Shown here one piece after another: positions 40,433 to 52,324 of a stretch of DNA of 64,000 bases (the stretch's first letter is position 1; each line of letters opens with the position of its first letter). Location of the stretch: positions 9,362,001 through 9,426,000 of the forward strand of contig JBHGNT010000015.1 of NCBI GenBank assembly GCA_043228905.1, given 5' to 3'. Below the pieces are notes generated by a model. It made no database searches, had not been told where the DNA came from, and was given only the letters and a program-made list of their open reading frames with translations. This DNA comes from Azolla caroliniana (Eukaryota > Plantae > Polypodiophyta). The translations under genes were made by a program, and so were the position numbers.

Positions 40433-40841
40433 TGTAAAGAATCGGGTATGATTCTTCTGCAGCGGAATAGACTAGAGATATGTGTTGTGAGTGTGTGTGT
40501 GTGTGTGTATGAGAGAGAGAGAGTGTGTGTGTGTGAGAGAGAGAAACACAAGATAAATAGATTTGAACAACAATAGAATACTCAAGATGATGTATATTAC
40601 AAAGGAGATTAACCGAACTAATTACAAAGTAAGAGGAGAGTGCTTTATATAGTCACTCTCTCTCTTCATTAACTACCGAAGCTCATGGGTCATGGGGAAT
40701 GTGAAAACTCATTCGTTATGTGTCATAGAATATGATTCTATGACACATAGTTAATGTGTAGATAAGAGTGGTGACTTTTGACCTTTGAGTGCACACTCTC
40801 AAGGGTGTGTTCACACACTAGGTTGAGCTTTATTCGCAACA
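40433..40841 (-). repeat. 5' LTR of copia I
   Basis: Minus TGTTGCGAATAAAGCTCAAC...TTTACA, followed by TGGTATCAG. Contains CA/CT microsatellites. Confidence 0.88.
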
Positions 40842-41016
40842 CTACCTACTGAAGTTGGGGCGTAGACCTCTAACGGCCCACATGCTCCCCATGGGATCCA
40901 ACTCTCCGATCCAGCTCTTCGATCCGATCCCTGCCTAGCCGACCACCAGTCTTCATCTGATCCGGCTCTCAGCTTATTCAGCCGATCCAGCCCATGTTGA
41001 GCTTGCTCACTCAACA
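40842..41016 (-). repeat. LTR fragment of a C-like copia, into which element I inserted
   Basis: Minus TGTTGAGTGAGCAAGCTCAAC...GGATCGGCTGAATAAG resembles the start of the C LTR. Confidence 0.7.
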
Positions 41017-41252
41017 ATTTGCAATCATTGTTCAAAGCAAGGGAGATGGCATCCACTTGGATGATGAGTCTCTTAACCATGTGGATGAAATATACGCAAC
41101 CCCATGAAGTCTCTAACTGGTATTGGATTGTATTGGAATGGGCTAGATCGAGCTACCAAATCGCTCTGATACCATGTAAAGAATCAAGAGATGGATTCTT
41201 GTGAAGCGAAAGAGATGTGAGTTATGTGTGTGTGTAAGAGAGAGAGAGAGAG

Positions 41253-41294
<42 letters not shown>

Positions 41295-44200
41295 ACAGAG
41301 AATACGCAAGGTAAAAGTATATTGACAAAGGAGAAAGACTCAACATTATACAAGGTGGGAGGAGGGTGCTTTATGTAGTCACCCTCTCTCTTCATTAACT
41401 ACAAGGCTCATGGAGCATGGGGAATGTGAAAGCTCATAAGTTATGTGTCATAGAATATGATTCTATGACTCATACCAAATGCTAGAATACCATAGTGGTG
41501 ACATAATGGTGACTCTTGACCATTGGAGTGTCTCTTCACTCTCAAGGTGAGTTCACACACTAGACCAAGTTGAGCTTGATTCTCAACACGCCCCCTCAAG
41601 CTCAAGTCGGCTCGGTTTCAGACGGTATCCGAAATCCGATTCAACTCGCGTTCCGGAGTCCGCGTCGACTCATGTCGGCTCGCTCTATGCGAAGTTGCGG
41701 AATCCGTGCTCCAGCTTGCGTTGTGCGTAGTTACGAAGTCTGTGCTTCGGCTTGCGTGCGTAGTTGCGAAATTTGTGCTTCGGCTTGCATCTTTCTTCAC
41801 GGCTTTGCGCGGTAGATCGGCTCTTCGCTGCTTCGTTGCATAGTGCGCGGTTGCGGAATCTACACGTTATTGCGTAGTGTCTTCAGTACTCCCCCTCAAG
41901 CTTGGCAGGTCAGGGATCGTCAATCCGAGATCGGTCATGAATTGCCATAGCTTGTCGGCTCCTAAGGCTTTAGTGAAGATGTCGGCCGTTTGAAGATTGG
42001 TGCTAATGTGTTGTAGGTCAACATCGCCAGCCAGAACGCGCTCTCGGATGAAGTGATAGTGCACTTCGATGTGCTTTGTCCGCACGTGGAACACCGGGTT
42101 CCGAGCCATATAGATATTGCTCATGTTGTTGCAGTAAAGGGAAGTCGGATCCTTGATGGGTACACCTAGATCCTTCAAAATCCTCTTGAGCCATACGGCT
42201 TCACACGCAGCTACGACTGCGCCCCTGTATTCCGCCTCCGTACTTGAAAGAGCGACGGTAGGCTGCTTCTTGCTACTCCAGGATATTGCTCCGTTGCCGA
42301 GGGAGAAAACAAATGCGGAGGTTGATCTTCTATCAGCTTTGTAGCCGGCCCAATCGGCGCCTGTGTACCCCTCGAGTCGTATTGGCATCGCGGTCTTGTA
42401 GAGGATGCCGCAATCCATTGTGCCACTCACGTAGCGTAGCACTCGCTTAGCGCAATACAAGTGAGTATCACGCGGTGTTCGCATGAATTGGCTAAGGAGA
42501 CCGACCGGATAACTGAGATCAGGTCGTGTGATCGTGAGGTGGATGAGACTCCCGATGAGTTGTCGATACTAAGTCGGCTCACACGCTTTGGTGCCGGAGT
42601 TCGCATCGAGTTTGAGATTGCGATCAAGCGGGGTTGCCGCGGATTTGCACTCAACCATCCCGAACTTGTATAACAAGTTGAGGATGTAGTTTCGTTGAGA
42701 GATCATGATTGCGACCGGAGTTCGAATTACCTCGATGCCGAGGAAGTAGTGGAGCTCCTTCATGTCCGTCATCTCGAACTTGTCGGAAAGGAGGGATTTG
42801 ACCTTATTGATTTCGACGAGATGCTCCCCTCCAATGACTAGGTCATCCACATATAAGATGATGACGATCGGACTTCCGTATGTAGAGGGAGTTGTCCGAT
42901 TGTGACATACGGAAGCCGATTTTATGAAGATATTGCGTTATCTTCGAATGCCACGCACGCGGTGCTTGCTTGAGGCCGTAGAGTGGCTTCTTGAGTCGGC
43001 AAACAGCTTTCGGATGGGTGCTCGAGTTGAAGCCGGGTGGTTGGATCATGTACGCCTCCTCTTCTAATTCGCCTTGTAGAAAGGCGTTCTTGACATCCAT
43101 TTGATGGAGGTGCCACCCTTTCGCCGCGGCAATCGCAATTACGGTCCGCACCGTCGTCATTTTTGCCACCGGGGCAAAGGTCTCTTCATAGTCGACGCCA
43201 TGCGTCTGAGCGTATCCTTTTGCTACGAGTCGAGCTTTGTAGCGGTTTACGAAGCCATCGACGTTATACTTCACCTTGTAGATCCATCTGCATCCGGTCG
43301 CCTTTTTGTGTGGTGAGGTGGGAACGAGATCCCACATCTCGTTCTTCCGTAGTGCCTGCATCTCCTCGTTCATTGCTTCGATCCATCGGGGGTCCTTCGC
43401 GGCTTCCGAAAAGGTTTCCGGCTCCCGTACTGTCGCTACCTTCATCATAAAGGCATAATGGTACGCCATATAATCGTTGTAACCAAATCGGCTAACGGGG
43501 TTCTTTTCACGAGTGGATCGGCGGAGCTTTTCATTTGCAGAGATGAGGGCTTTCTTAGCTCCGATTGGTACCTCGAAACCGTCGAACTCACTGTCAAGTG
43601 AGTGAGTCGACTCATTGTCATTGAAGCGATCATCTTCATATTCCGACATTTTCGCCTTGCCTTTGTCCATCTTCGGGCTAGGCCGTGATGTGCTTTGATC
43701 GCTCAAAGGCTCTTGTGGTCTGCTCAATCGGGTCGTGATCGGACTTTCTTCGAATATGCGCATAAGGCGATCTTCATCCTCGACCTCTTGTCCTGCGAAT
43801 TCCGGGTCGAGTGGAGTCGGAGTTGGAGTTGTCTCTAGTGTGTACCAGGATGCGGACTTGTCAAAAACGACATCTCGACTTACTCGAGATTTTCGAGTTG
43901 AGGGGTTGTAGCACTTGTACCCCTTTTGCTCCAATGTGTATCCTACGAGGATACATTTCTCCGACTTCGGGTCAAGCTTTTGACGCTTCTCGTTGGGGAT
44001 GTGCACGTATGCTACCGCGCTGAATATCCGGATGTGCGATAAGTCTGGCTTCTTTCCGAAGTATTTTTCGTGCGGAGTGACCTCGTGCACGCCGGATGTT
44101 GTGCACCGGTTCATTAGGTAGACGGCCGTATTTGCAGCTTCGGCCCAATATGACTTGGGCATTTGCTTCTCGTTCATCATGGCCTGCGCTACTTCGAGGA

Positions 44201-45179
44201 TGTGCCGATTTTGGCGCTCGGCTACTCCGTTTGTTGCGGAGTGTGTCGGCAAGTGAATTCTCACCGAATTCCTTCCTTCCGGAGATACGTCGTGAAATCG
44301 TCCAAGAAGTACTCTTTGCCACCATCCGATCAAAGGCATCGTACATGTCGGCCCGTGGCTTTCTCAACTTCATTCTTGAAATTTTGGAAGTGTCCAGACA
44401 CTTCGCTCTTTTGCTGCATCAGGTAGATCCAAGTGTGCCTTGAAAAGTCGTCGATGAAGAGCACGTAATATCAGCATCCGCCAAATGTAGCCGTCTGTGC
44501 CGGTCCCCATACGTCGGAATGGACTACGTCGAGTAGGCCTTTGCTCACGTTCCGCTCTTTCGGGAATGGGTGTCGGTGTTGCTTGCCCAATTGGCACGCT
44601 TCGCATACACCTTCAATCTCCTTCTCTTTGAATGTCGGGAGTCCGATGACGACTCCTTTTGATTTCATTGCTTTGAGTTTGTTGAGATTGATGTGGCCGA
44701 TTCGCTTGTGCCATAGCTCTATGTCGGAGTTGGCTTTCGAGTTTTTTGCGAACATGGCGGATTCATCTCGCGTGAGTCGAGAATGAACATCCGGCCCTCT
44801 CTTCGTCCGCGTGCGATGAGTCGGCCCTCTTTTTCGATGAAGCAACCGCCTTGATTAAATCGAACTTGCATCCCTTGCTCTACAATTTGGTCGACGGAGA
44901 CCAAATTCTTCGTAATGGTCGGTACATGCAAGACATTTTTAATGTAATTTTGCTTACATTCTTTTCCAAACGGAACATTGCCGATGTGCCGAATCGGATG
45001 CGTAGTGTCATCTCCGGTTTCGACATAGTTGGGTCGATCCGGCTCTCGAAGTTGTCGGAACCATTCTTGATGCGATGTCATATGGTTCGAGGCACCGGAA
45101 TCGACGAACCATACGTCTTCCGGACTGGAGGCACTAGTTGAGGTAGCGGCCGACATAGAGTTTGCTCTATGTTTCATCA

Positions 45180-45360
45180 TGAACATTCCGCCACGGTCGA
45201 AGTTGTGTGCATATATTCCGCTACAATCTTTGTAGTCAGAGTTGTGCCCGTACATTCCGCCACGGTCGGAGTTGTGTGCATACATTCCGCCACGATCTTC
45301 GTAGTCGGAGTTGTGCCCGTACATTCCACTATACTCTTCGTAATCGGAAATGTGCACGTA
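45180..45360 (-). repeat. 30/39-bp coding tandem repeat at the gag-protease junction of M (shorter copy at 50450-50560 in N)
   Basis: Repeated MY(G/A)HNSD(YED)RGG units; element I has a single related unit. Confidence 0.85.
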
Positions 45361-46167
45361 ATTCGTGAGTTGTCGTCATGTGGAAGCCGATTCACGCATC
45401 TTCTTTCGGAACTCTTCTTCGTGGTGGCCGATCTTTCCGCAATATCCGCATTCGGTTGCGTTTTGACGGCTCGGGCCGGAGTGGAAGCTCCCCCTTCTTG
45501 CGAAGGTTCCTCGTTGGCTTCCGTTTTGCGGCCAAAATTGGGAGTTGTTGTCGTAGGTCAGACCTCGTCCGCCTTGTCCTTGGCCGAATCGGCCTCTCGC
45601 TCGTCCGCGTCCTCTTCCTCTGTTCGAGTGCGTGTAGAGCATGTGGCCTTCCGACTCATTCCTCATTGTATGCACGTGGTTTTCTTCGACCAATAGCATT
45701 GATTGGAGCTCAAAGGAGGGAGATTTCTCCCGTGCTAGAACGGTGGTTCGCATCGCGCCGAACCGTGGTGCGAGGCCGCCAAGGCATATTTGCACCATCT
45801 CATCATCATCTATACTTACGCTTATTGAGCCAAGCGAGTCGCAAAGCTCCTTGATCTTCAAGGTGTATGTCGTGATGGACATGTCCCTTTGTTGAATGTT
45901 GTTCAACTCTTGGTGGAGTTGAAGCTTCCTCGCAGTCGTGTTGGCAGCGAAAATCTTTCGTAGATTTTCCCACGCTTCCTTCGGCGTCTTGGCTTCTCGA
46001 ATGTAACCGAGCATGTGGTCATTAACACATGTCGCCAAACAATACATCACACGACTTGCGGCTTGCTCCCATGTTGCGTATCTGGGAGCCGCTTCGGCGG
46101 GTCGATCTTCATGCGCTCCTTTGATGTAGCTCCAATAGCCTTGTCCAACAAGGTATTGATGCATCTT

Positions 46168-49100
46168 TGTAAAGAATCAAGAGATGGATTCTTGTGAAGC
46201 GTATGTGTGTGTACGAGAGAGAGAGAGAGAGAGAGAGAGTGAGAGTGAGAGAGAGACAAGGAATATGCAATGTAAACGTCTATTAACAAAGGAGAAAGAC
46301 TTAAAGCTCATAAGTTATGTGTCATAGAATATGATTCTATGACTCATACCAAATGCTAGAATACCATAGTGGTGACATAATGGTGACTCTTGACCGTTGG
46401 AGTGTCTCTTCACTCTCAAGGTGAGTTCACACACTAGACCAAGTTGAGCTTGATTCTCAACACACCCCATCAAGCTCAAGTCGGGTCGGTTTCAGACTAT
46501 ATCCGAAATCCTCTTCAACTCGCGTTCTAGAGTCCGCATCAACTCATGTCAACTTGCATGTATGCGGAGTTGCGGAATCCATGCTCTAGCTTGCGTTGTG
46601 CGTAGTTACGAAGTCAGTGCTTCGGCTTGCGTGCGTAGTTGCGAAGTCTGTGCTTCGGCTTGCGTCTTCCTTCGCGGCTTTGTTGCGTGGTTGCGGAATC
46701 TACGCGTTATTGCGTAGTGTCTTCAGTACTCCCCCTCAAGCTTGGCAGGTCAGGGATCGTCAATTCGAGATCGGTCATGAATTGCTATAGCTTGTCGGCT
46801 CCTAAGGCTTTAGTGAAGATGTCGTCCGTTTGAAGATTGGTGCTAATGTGTTATAGGTCGACATCGCCAGCCAGGATGCGCTCTCGGATGAAGTGATAGT
46901 GCACTTCGATGTGCTTTGTCCGCGCGTGGAACACCGGGTTCCGAGCCAGATAGATACTGCTCATGTTGTTGCAGTAAAGGGGAGTCGGATCCTTGATGGG
47001 TACACCCAGATCCTTCAAAATCCTCTTGAGCCATACGGCTTCACACGCAGCTACGACTGCGCCCCTGTATTCCGCCTCCGTACTCGAAAGAGCGACGGTA
47101 GGCTGCTTCTTGCTACTCCAGGATATTGCTCCGCTGCCGAGGGAGAAAACAAATCCGGAGGTTGATCTTCTATCGGCTCTGTAGCCGGCCCAATCGGCAT
47201 CGGTGTACCCCTCGAGTCGTATTGGCATCGCGGTCTTGTAGAGGATACCACAATCCATTGTGCCACTCACGTATCGTGGAGCTCGCTTAGCGCAATCCAA
47301 GTGAGTATCACGCGGTGTTCGCATGAATTGGCTAAGCAGGCCGACCGGATAACTGAGATCGGGTCGTGTGATCGTGAGGTAGATGAGACTCCCGATGAGT
47401 TGCCGGTACTAAGTCGGCTCACACGCTTTGGTGCCGGAATGCGCATCTAGTTTGAGATTACGATCGAGCGGGGTTGCCACGGATTTGCACTTAGCCATCC
47501 CGAACTTGTATAACAAGTTGAGGATGTAGTGTCGTTGAGAGATCATGATTCCGGCCAGAGTTCGAATTACCTCGATGCTGAGGAAGTAGTGGAGCTCCTT
47601 CATGTCCGTCATCTCGAACTTGTCGGAAAGGAGGGATTTGACCTTATTGATTTCGACGAGATACTCCCCTCCAATGACGATCGGACGTAGCGTAGCACTC
47701 GCTTAGCGCAATACAAGTGAGTATCACGCGGTGTTCGCATGAATTGGCTAAGGAGACCGACCGGATAACTGAGATCAGGTCGTGTGATCGTGAGGTGGAT
47801 GAGACTCCCGATGAGTTGTCGATACTAAGTCGGCTCACACGCTTTGGTGCCGGAGTTCGCATCGAGTTTGAGATTGCGATCAAGCGGGGTTGCCGTGGAT
47901 TTGCACTCAACCATCCCGAACTTGTATAACAAGTTGAGGATGTAGTTTCGTTGAGAGATCATGATTGCGACCGGAGTTCGAATTACCTCGATGCCGAGGA
48001 AGTAGTGGAGCTCCTTCATGTCCGTCATCTCGAACTTGTCGGAAAGGAGGGATTTGACCTTATTGATTTCGACGAGATGCTCCCCTCCAATGACTAGGTC
48101 ATCCACATATAAGATGATGACGATCGGACTTGCGAAATCGCTTCGTATGTAGAGGGAGTTGTCCGATTTTGACATTCGGAAGCCGATTTGATGAAGATAT
48201 TGCGTTATCTTCGAATGCCAAGCACGCGGTGCTTGCTTGAGGCCGTAGAGTGGCTTCTTGAGTCGGCATACGGCTTTTGGATGAGTGCTCGAATTGAAGC
48301 CGAGTGGTTGGATCATGTACACCTCCTCTTCTAATTCGCCTTGTAGAAAGGCGTTCTTGACATCCATTTGATGGAGGTGCCACCCTTTCGCCGCGGCAAG
48401 CGCAATTACGGTCCGCACCGTTGTCATTTTTGCCATCGGGGAAAAAGTCTCTTCATAGTCGATGCCATGCGTCTGAGCGTATCCTTTTGCAATGAGTTGA
48501 GCTTTGTAGCAGTTTACGGAGCCATCCGCGTTATACTTCACCTTTTGGATCCATCTGCATCCGATTGCCTTTTTGTGTGATGAGGTGGGAACAAGATCCC
48601 ACGTCTCGTTCTCCCGTAGTGCCTGCATCTCCTCGTTCATTGCTTCGATCCATCGCGGGTCCTTCGCGGCTTCCGAAAAGGTTTCCGGCTCCCGTACTGT
48701 CGCTACCTTCATCATAAAGGCGTAATGGTACGCCATATAATCATTGTAGCCGAATCGGCTTATGGGGTTCTTTTCACGAGTGGATCGGCGGAGCTTTTCA
48801 TTTGCCAAGATGAGGGCGTTCTTGGCTCCGATTGGTACCTCGAAACCGCCGAACTCATTGTCGAGTGAGTGAGTCGATTTATCGTCGTCAAAGCGATCGT
48901 CTTCATATTCCACCATTTTCGCCTTGCCTTTGTCCATCTTCGGGCTAGGCCGTGATGTGCTTTGATCGCTCAAAGGCTCTTGTGGTCCGCTCAGTCGGGT
49001 CGTGATCGGACTTTCTTCGATCATGCGCGTAGGGCGATCTTAATCCTCGATCTCTTGTTCGGCAGATTCCGGGTCGAGCGGAGTTGGAGGCGAAGTTGTC

Positions 49101-51967
49101 TCTGGTGCGTACTAGGATGCGGACTCGTCAAAAACGACGTCTCGACGTACTCTAGATTTTCGAGTTGAGGGGTTGTAGCACTTGTACCCCTTTTGTTCGA
49201 GTGAGTATCCTACGAGGATACATTTCTCCGACTTCCGGTCAAGCTTTTGACGCTTCTCGTTGGGGATGTGCACGTACGCAATGGAGCCGAATATCCGAAC
49301 ATGTGATAGGTTCGGCTTCTTTCCGAAGAATCTTTCGTGCGGAGTGACCTCATGCACGCCGGATGTTGTGCACCGGTTCATTAGGTAGACGGCCGTATTT
49401 GCCGCTTCGGCCCAATATGACTTGGGCATATGCTTCTCGTTCATCATGGCCCGCGCTACTTAGAGGATGTGCCGATTTTTGCGCTCGGCTACTTCGTTTT
49501 GTTGTGGAGTGTGTCGGCAAGTGAATTCTCGCCGAATTCCTTCCTTTCGGAGATACGTCATGAAATCGTCCGAGAAGTACTCCTTGCCGCCATCCGATCG
49601 AAGGCATCGTACATGTCGGCCCGTGGCTTTCTCGACTTCATTCTTGAAATTTTGGAAGTGTCCGAACACTTCGCTCTTTTGCCGCATCGGGTAGATCCAA
49701 GTGTGCCTTGAAAAGTCGTCGATGAAGAGCACGTAATATCAGCATCCGCCGAATGTCGCCGTTTGAGCCAGACCCCATACATCGGAATGAATTACGTCGA
49801 GTACGCCTTTGCTCACATTCCGCTCCTTCGGAAATGGGTGTCGGTGTTGCTTGCCGAATTGGCACGTTTCGCATACACCTTCAATCTCCGTCTCTTTGAA
49901 TGTCGGGAGTCCGATGACGACTCCTTTCGATTTCATTGCTTTGAGTTTGTTGAGATTGATGTGGCCGATTCGCTTATGCCATAGCTCTATGTCGGAGTCG
50001 GCTTTCGTGCTTTTTGCGAACATGGCGGATTTCATCTCATGCGAATCGAGAATGAACATTTGGCCCTCTCTTCTTCCGCGTGCGATGATTCGGCCTTCTT
50101 TTTCGATGAAGCACCCTTCTTGGTCGAATTGTACTTGCATCGCTTGCTCAACCATTTGGCCGACCGAGACCAAATTCTTTGTGATGGTGGGTACATGCAA
50201 GACATTTTTAATGTATGTTTGCTTACCTCTTTCGCCAAACGGAACATTGCCGATGTGCCGAATCGGGTGCGTAGTGTCATCTCCGGTTTCGACATAACCG
50301 GGTCGCTCCGGCTCTCGAAGTTCGAGAAACCATTCTTTGTGGGATGTCATATGGTTTGAGGCTCCGGAGTCAACAAACCATACGTCCTCCGGATTGAGGG
50401 CACTAGTTGAGGTAGAGGCCAACATAGACTTTGCTCTATGTTTCATCATGAACATTCCGCCACGGTCGGAGTTGTATGCGTACATTCCGCCACGGTCCTC
50501 GTAGTCGGAGTTGTGCCCGTACATTCCGCTATACTCTTCGTAGTCGGAATTGTGCCCCTAATTCGTGAGTTGTCGGCTTGTGGAAGCCGATTCACGCATC
50601 TTCTTTCGGAACTCTTCTTCGTGGTGGCCGAGCTTTCCGCAATATCCACATTCGGTTGCGTTTTGACGGCTCGGGCTAGAGTGGAAGCTCCCCCTTCTTG
50701 CGAAGGTTCCTCGTTGGCCTCCGTTTTGCGGCCGAAATTGGGAGTTGTTGTCGTAGTTCGGACCTCGTCCGCCTTGTCCTTGGCCGAATCGGCCTCTCGC
50801 TCGTCCGCGCCCTCTTCCTCCATTAGAGTGCGTGTAGAGCATGTGGCCTTCCGACTCATTGCTCCTTGTACGCACATGGTTTTCTTCGACTAATAACATT
50901 GATTGGAGCTCAAAGAAAGAGGGAGATTTCTCCCGTGCTAGAACGACGGTTCGCATCGTGCCGAACCGTGGTGTGAGGCCGCCAAGGCATATTTGCACCA
51001 TCTCATCATCATCTATACTTACGCTTATTGAGCCGAGCGAGTCGCAAAGCTCCTTGATCTTCAAGGTGTATGTTGTGATAGACATATCCCTTTGTTGAAT
51101 GTTGTTCAACTCTTGGCGGTGTTGAAGCTTCCTCGCAGTTGTGTTGGCGGCGAAAATCTTTCGTAGGTTTTCCCACGCTTCGCTCGGCGTCTTGGCTTCT
51201 CGAATGTAACCGAGCATGTGGTCGTGAACACATGTCGACAAACAATACATCACGCGGCTTGCGTCTTTCTCCCATGTTGCGTATCTGGGAGCCGCTTCGG
51301 CGGGTCGGTCTTCATGCGCTCCTTTGATGTAGCTCCAATAGCCTTGTCCGACAAGGTATTGGTGCATCTTGTACTCCCAAGATGCGAAGTTGTTTCGATC
51401 CAACTTCTCGGTAGGGAGAGCGCTCCCCATTTGAGTATTCATTATGTCGATTCTTCTTCTTCTTCTTCTCTCTTCGAATGCGAGCTATGTAGCGAAGCTA
51501 CGATAGCGATGAGCCGGTTCTTGGTCGTTAGCGTGGAGCACAACACACGATCACGATGAGGCGAATGGGCTAGATCGAGCTACCAAGTCGCTCTGATACC
51601 ATGTAAAGAATCAAGAGATGGATTCTTGTGAAGCGTATGTGTGTGTATGAGAGAGAGAGAGTGAGAGAAAGAGACAAGGAATACGCAATGTAAAAGTCTA
51701 TTAACAAAGGAGAAAGACTTAACCTTATACAAGGTGGGAGGAGGGTGCTTTATGTAGTCACCCTCTCTCTTCATTAACTACAAGGCTCATGGAGCATGGG
51801 GAATGTGAAAGCTCATAAGTTATGTGTCATAAAATATGAATCTATGACTCATACTAAATGCTAGAATACCATAGTGGTGACATAATGGTGACTCTTGACC
51901 GTTGGAGTGTCTCTTCACTCTCAAGGTGAGTTCACACACTAGACCAAGTTGAGCTTGATTCTCAACA
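46168..51967 (-). mobile_element. Copia N nested in the gag of M
   Basis: LTRs 46168-46462 (internally deleted) and 51602-51967. TSD ATCTT at 46163-46167 and 51968-51972. PBS 51590-51601. Open gag 50558-51442; pol pieces 46851-50524. Confidence 0.95.
50558..51442 (-). CDS. gag: Open gag ORF of copia N (294 aa)
   Basis: Uninterrupted from ATG, with a copia gag core, an RGG-rich tract and a decayed knuckle CGYCGKLGHHEEEF. Expression unknown. Confidence 0.7.
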   Translation of the reverse strand: MNTQMGSALPTEKLDRNNFASWEYKMHQYLVGQGYWSYIKGAHEDRPAEAAPRYATWEKDASRVMYCLSTCVHDHMLGYIREAKTPSEAWENLRKIFAANTTARKLQHRQELNNIQQRDMSITTYTLKIKELCDSLGSISVSIDDDEMVQICLGGLTPRFGTMRTVVLAREKSPSFFELQSMLLVEENHVRTRSNESEGHMLYTHSNGGRGRGRARGRFGQGQGGRGPNYDNNSQFRPQNGGQRGTFARRGSFHSSPSRQNATECGYCGKLGHHEEEFRKKMRESASTSRQLTN

Positions 51968-52258
51968 ATCTTGTACTCCCAAGATGCAAAGTTGTTTCGA
52001 TCCAACTTCTCGGTAGGGAGAGCGCTCCCCATTTGAGTATTCATTATGTCGATTCTTCTTCTTCTTCTCTCTTCGAATGCGAGCTATGTAGCGAAGCTAC
52101 GATAGCGATGAGCAGGTTCTTGGTCGTCGGCGTGGAGCACAACACACGATCATGATGAGGCAAATGGGCTAGATCGAGCTACCAAATTGCTCTAATACCA
52201 TGTAAAGAATCAAGAGATGGATTCTTGTGAAGTGGAAGAGATATGAGTTATGTGTGTG

Positions 52259-52324
<66 letters not shown>

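Larger units (their letters stand above)
31345..40841 (-). mobile_element. 3'-truncated copia I, interrupted in gag by copia J
   Basis: 5' LTR 40433-40841, PBS ~40421-40432, gag 40009-40265 plus 33970-34631, PR ~33600-33960, INT 32528-33583, RT 31345-32527 (LYVDD). Confidence 0.9.
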
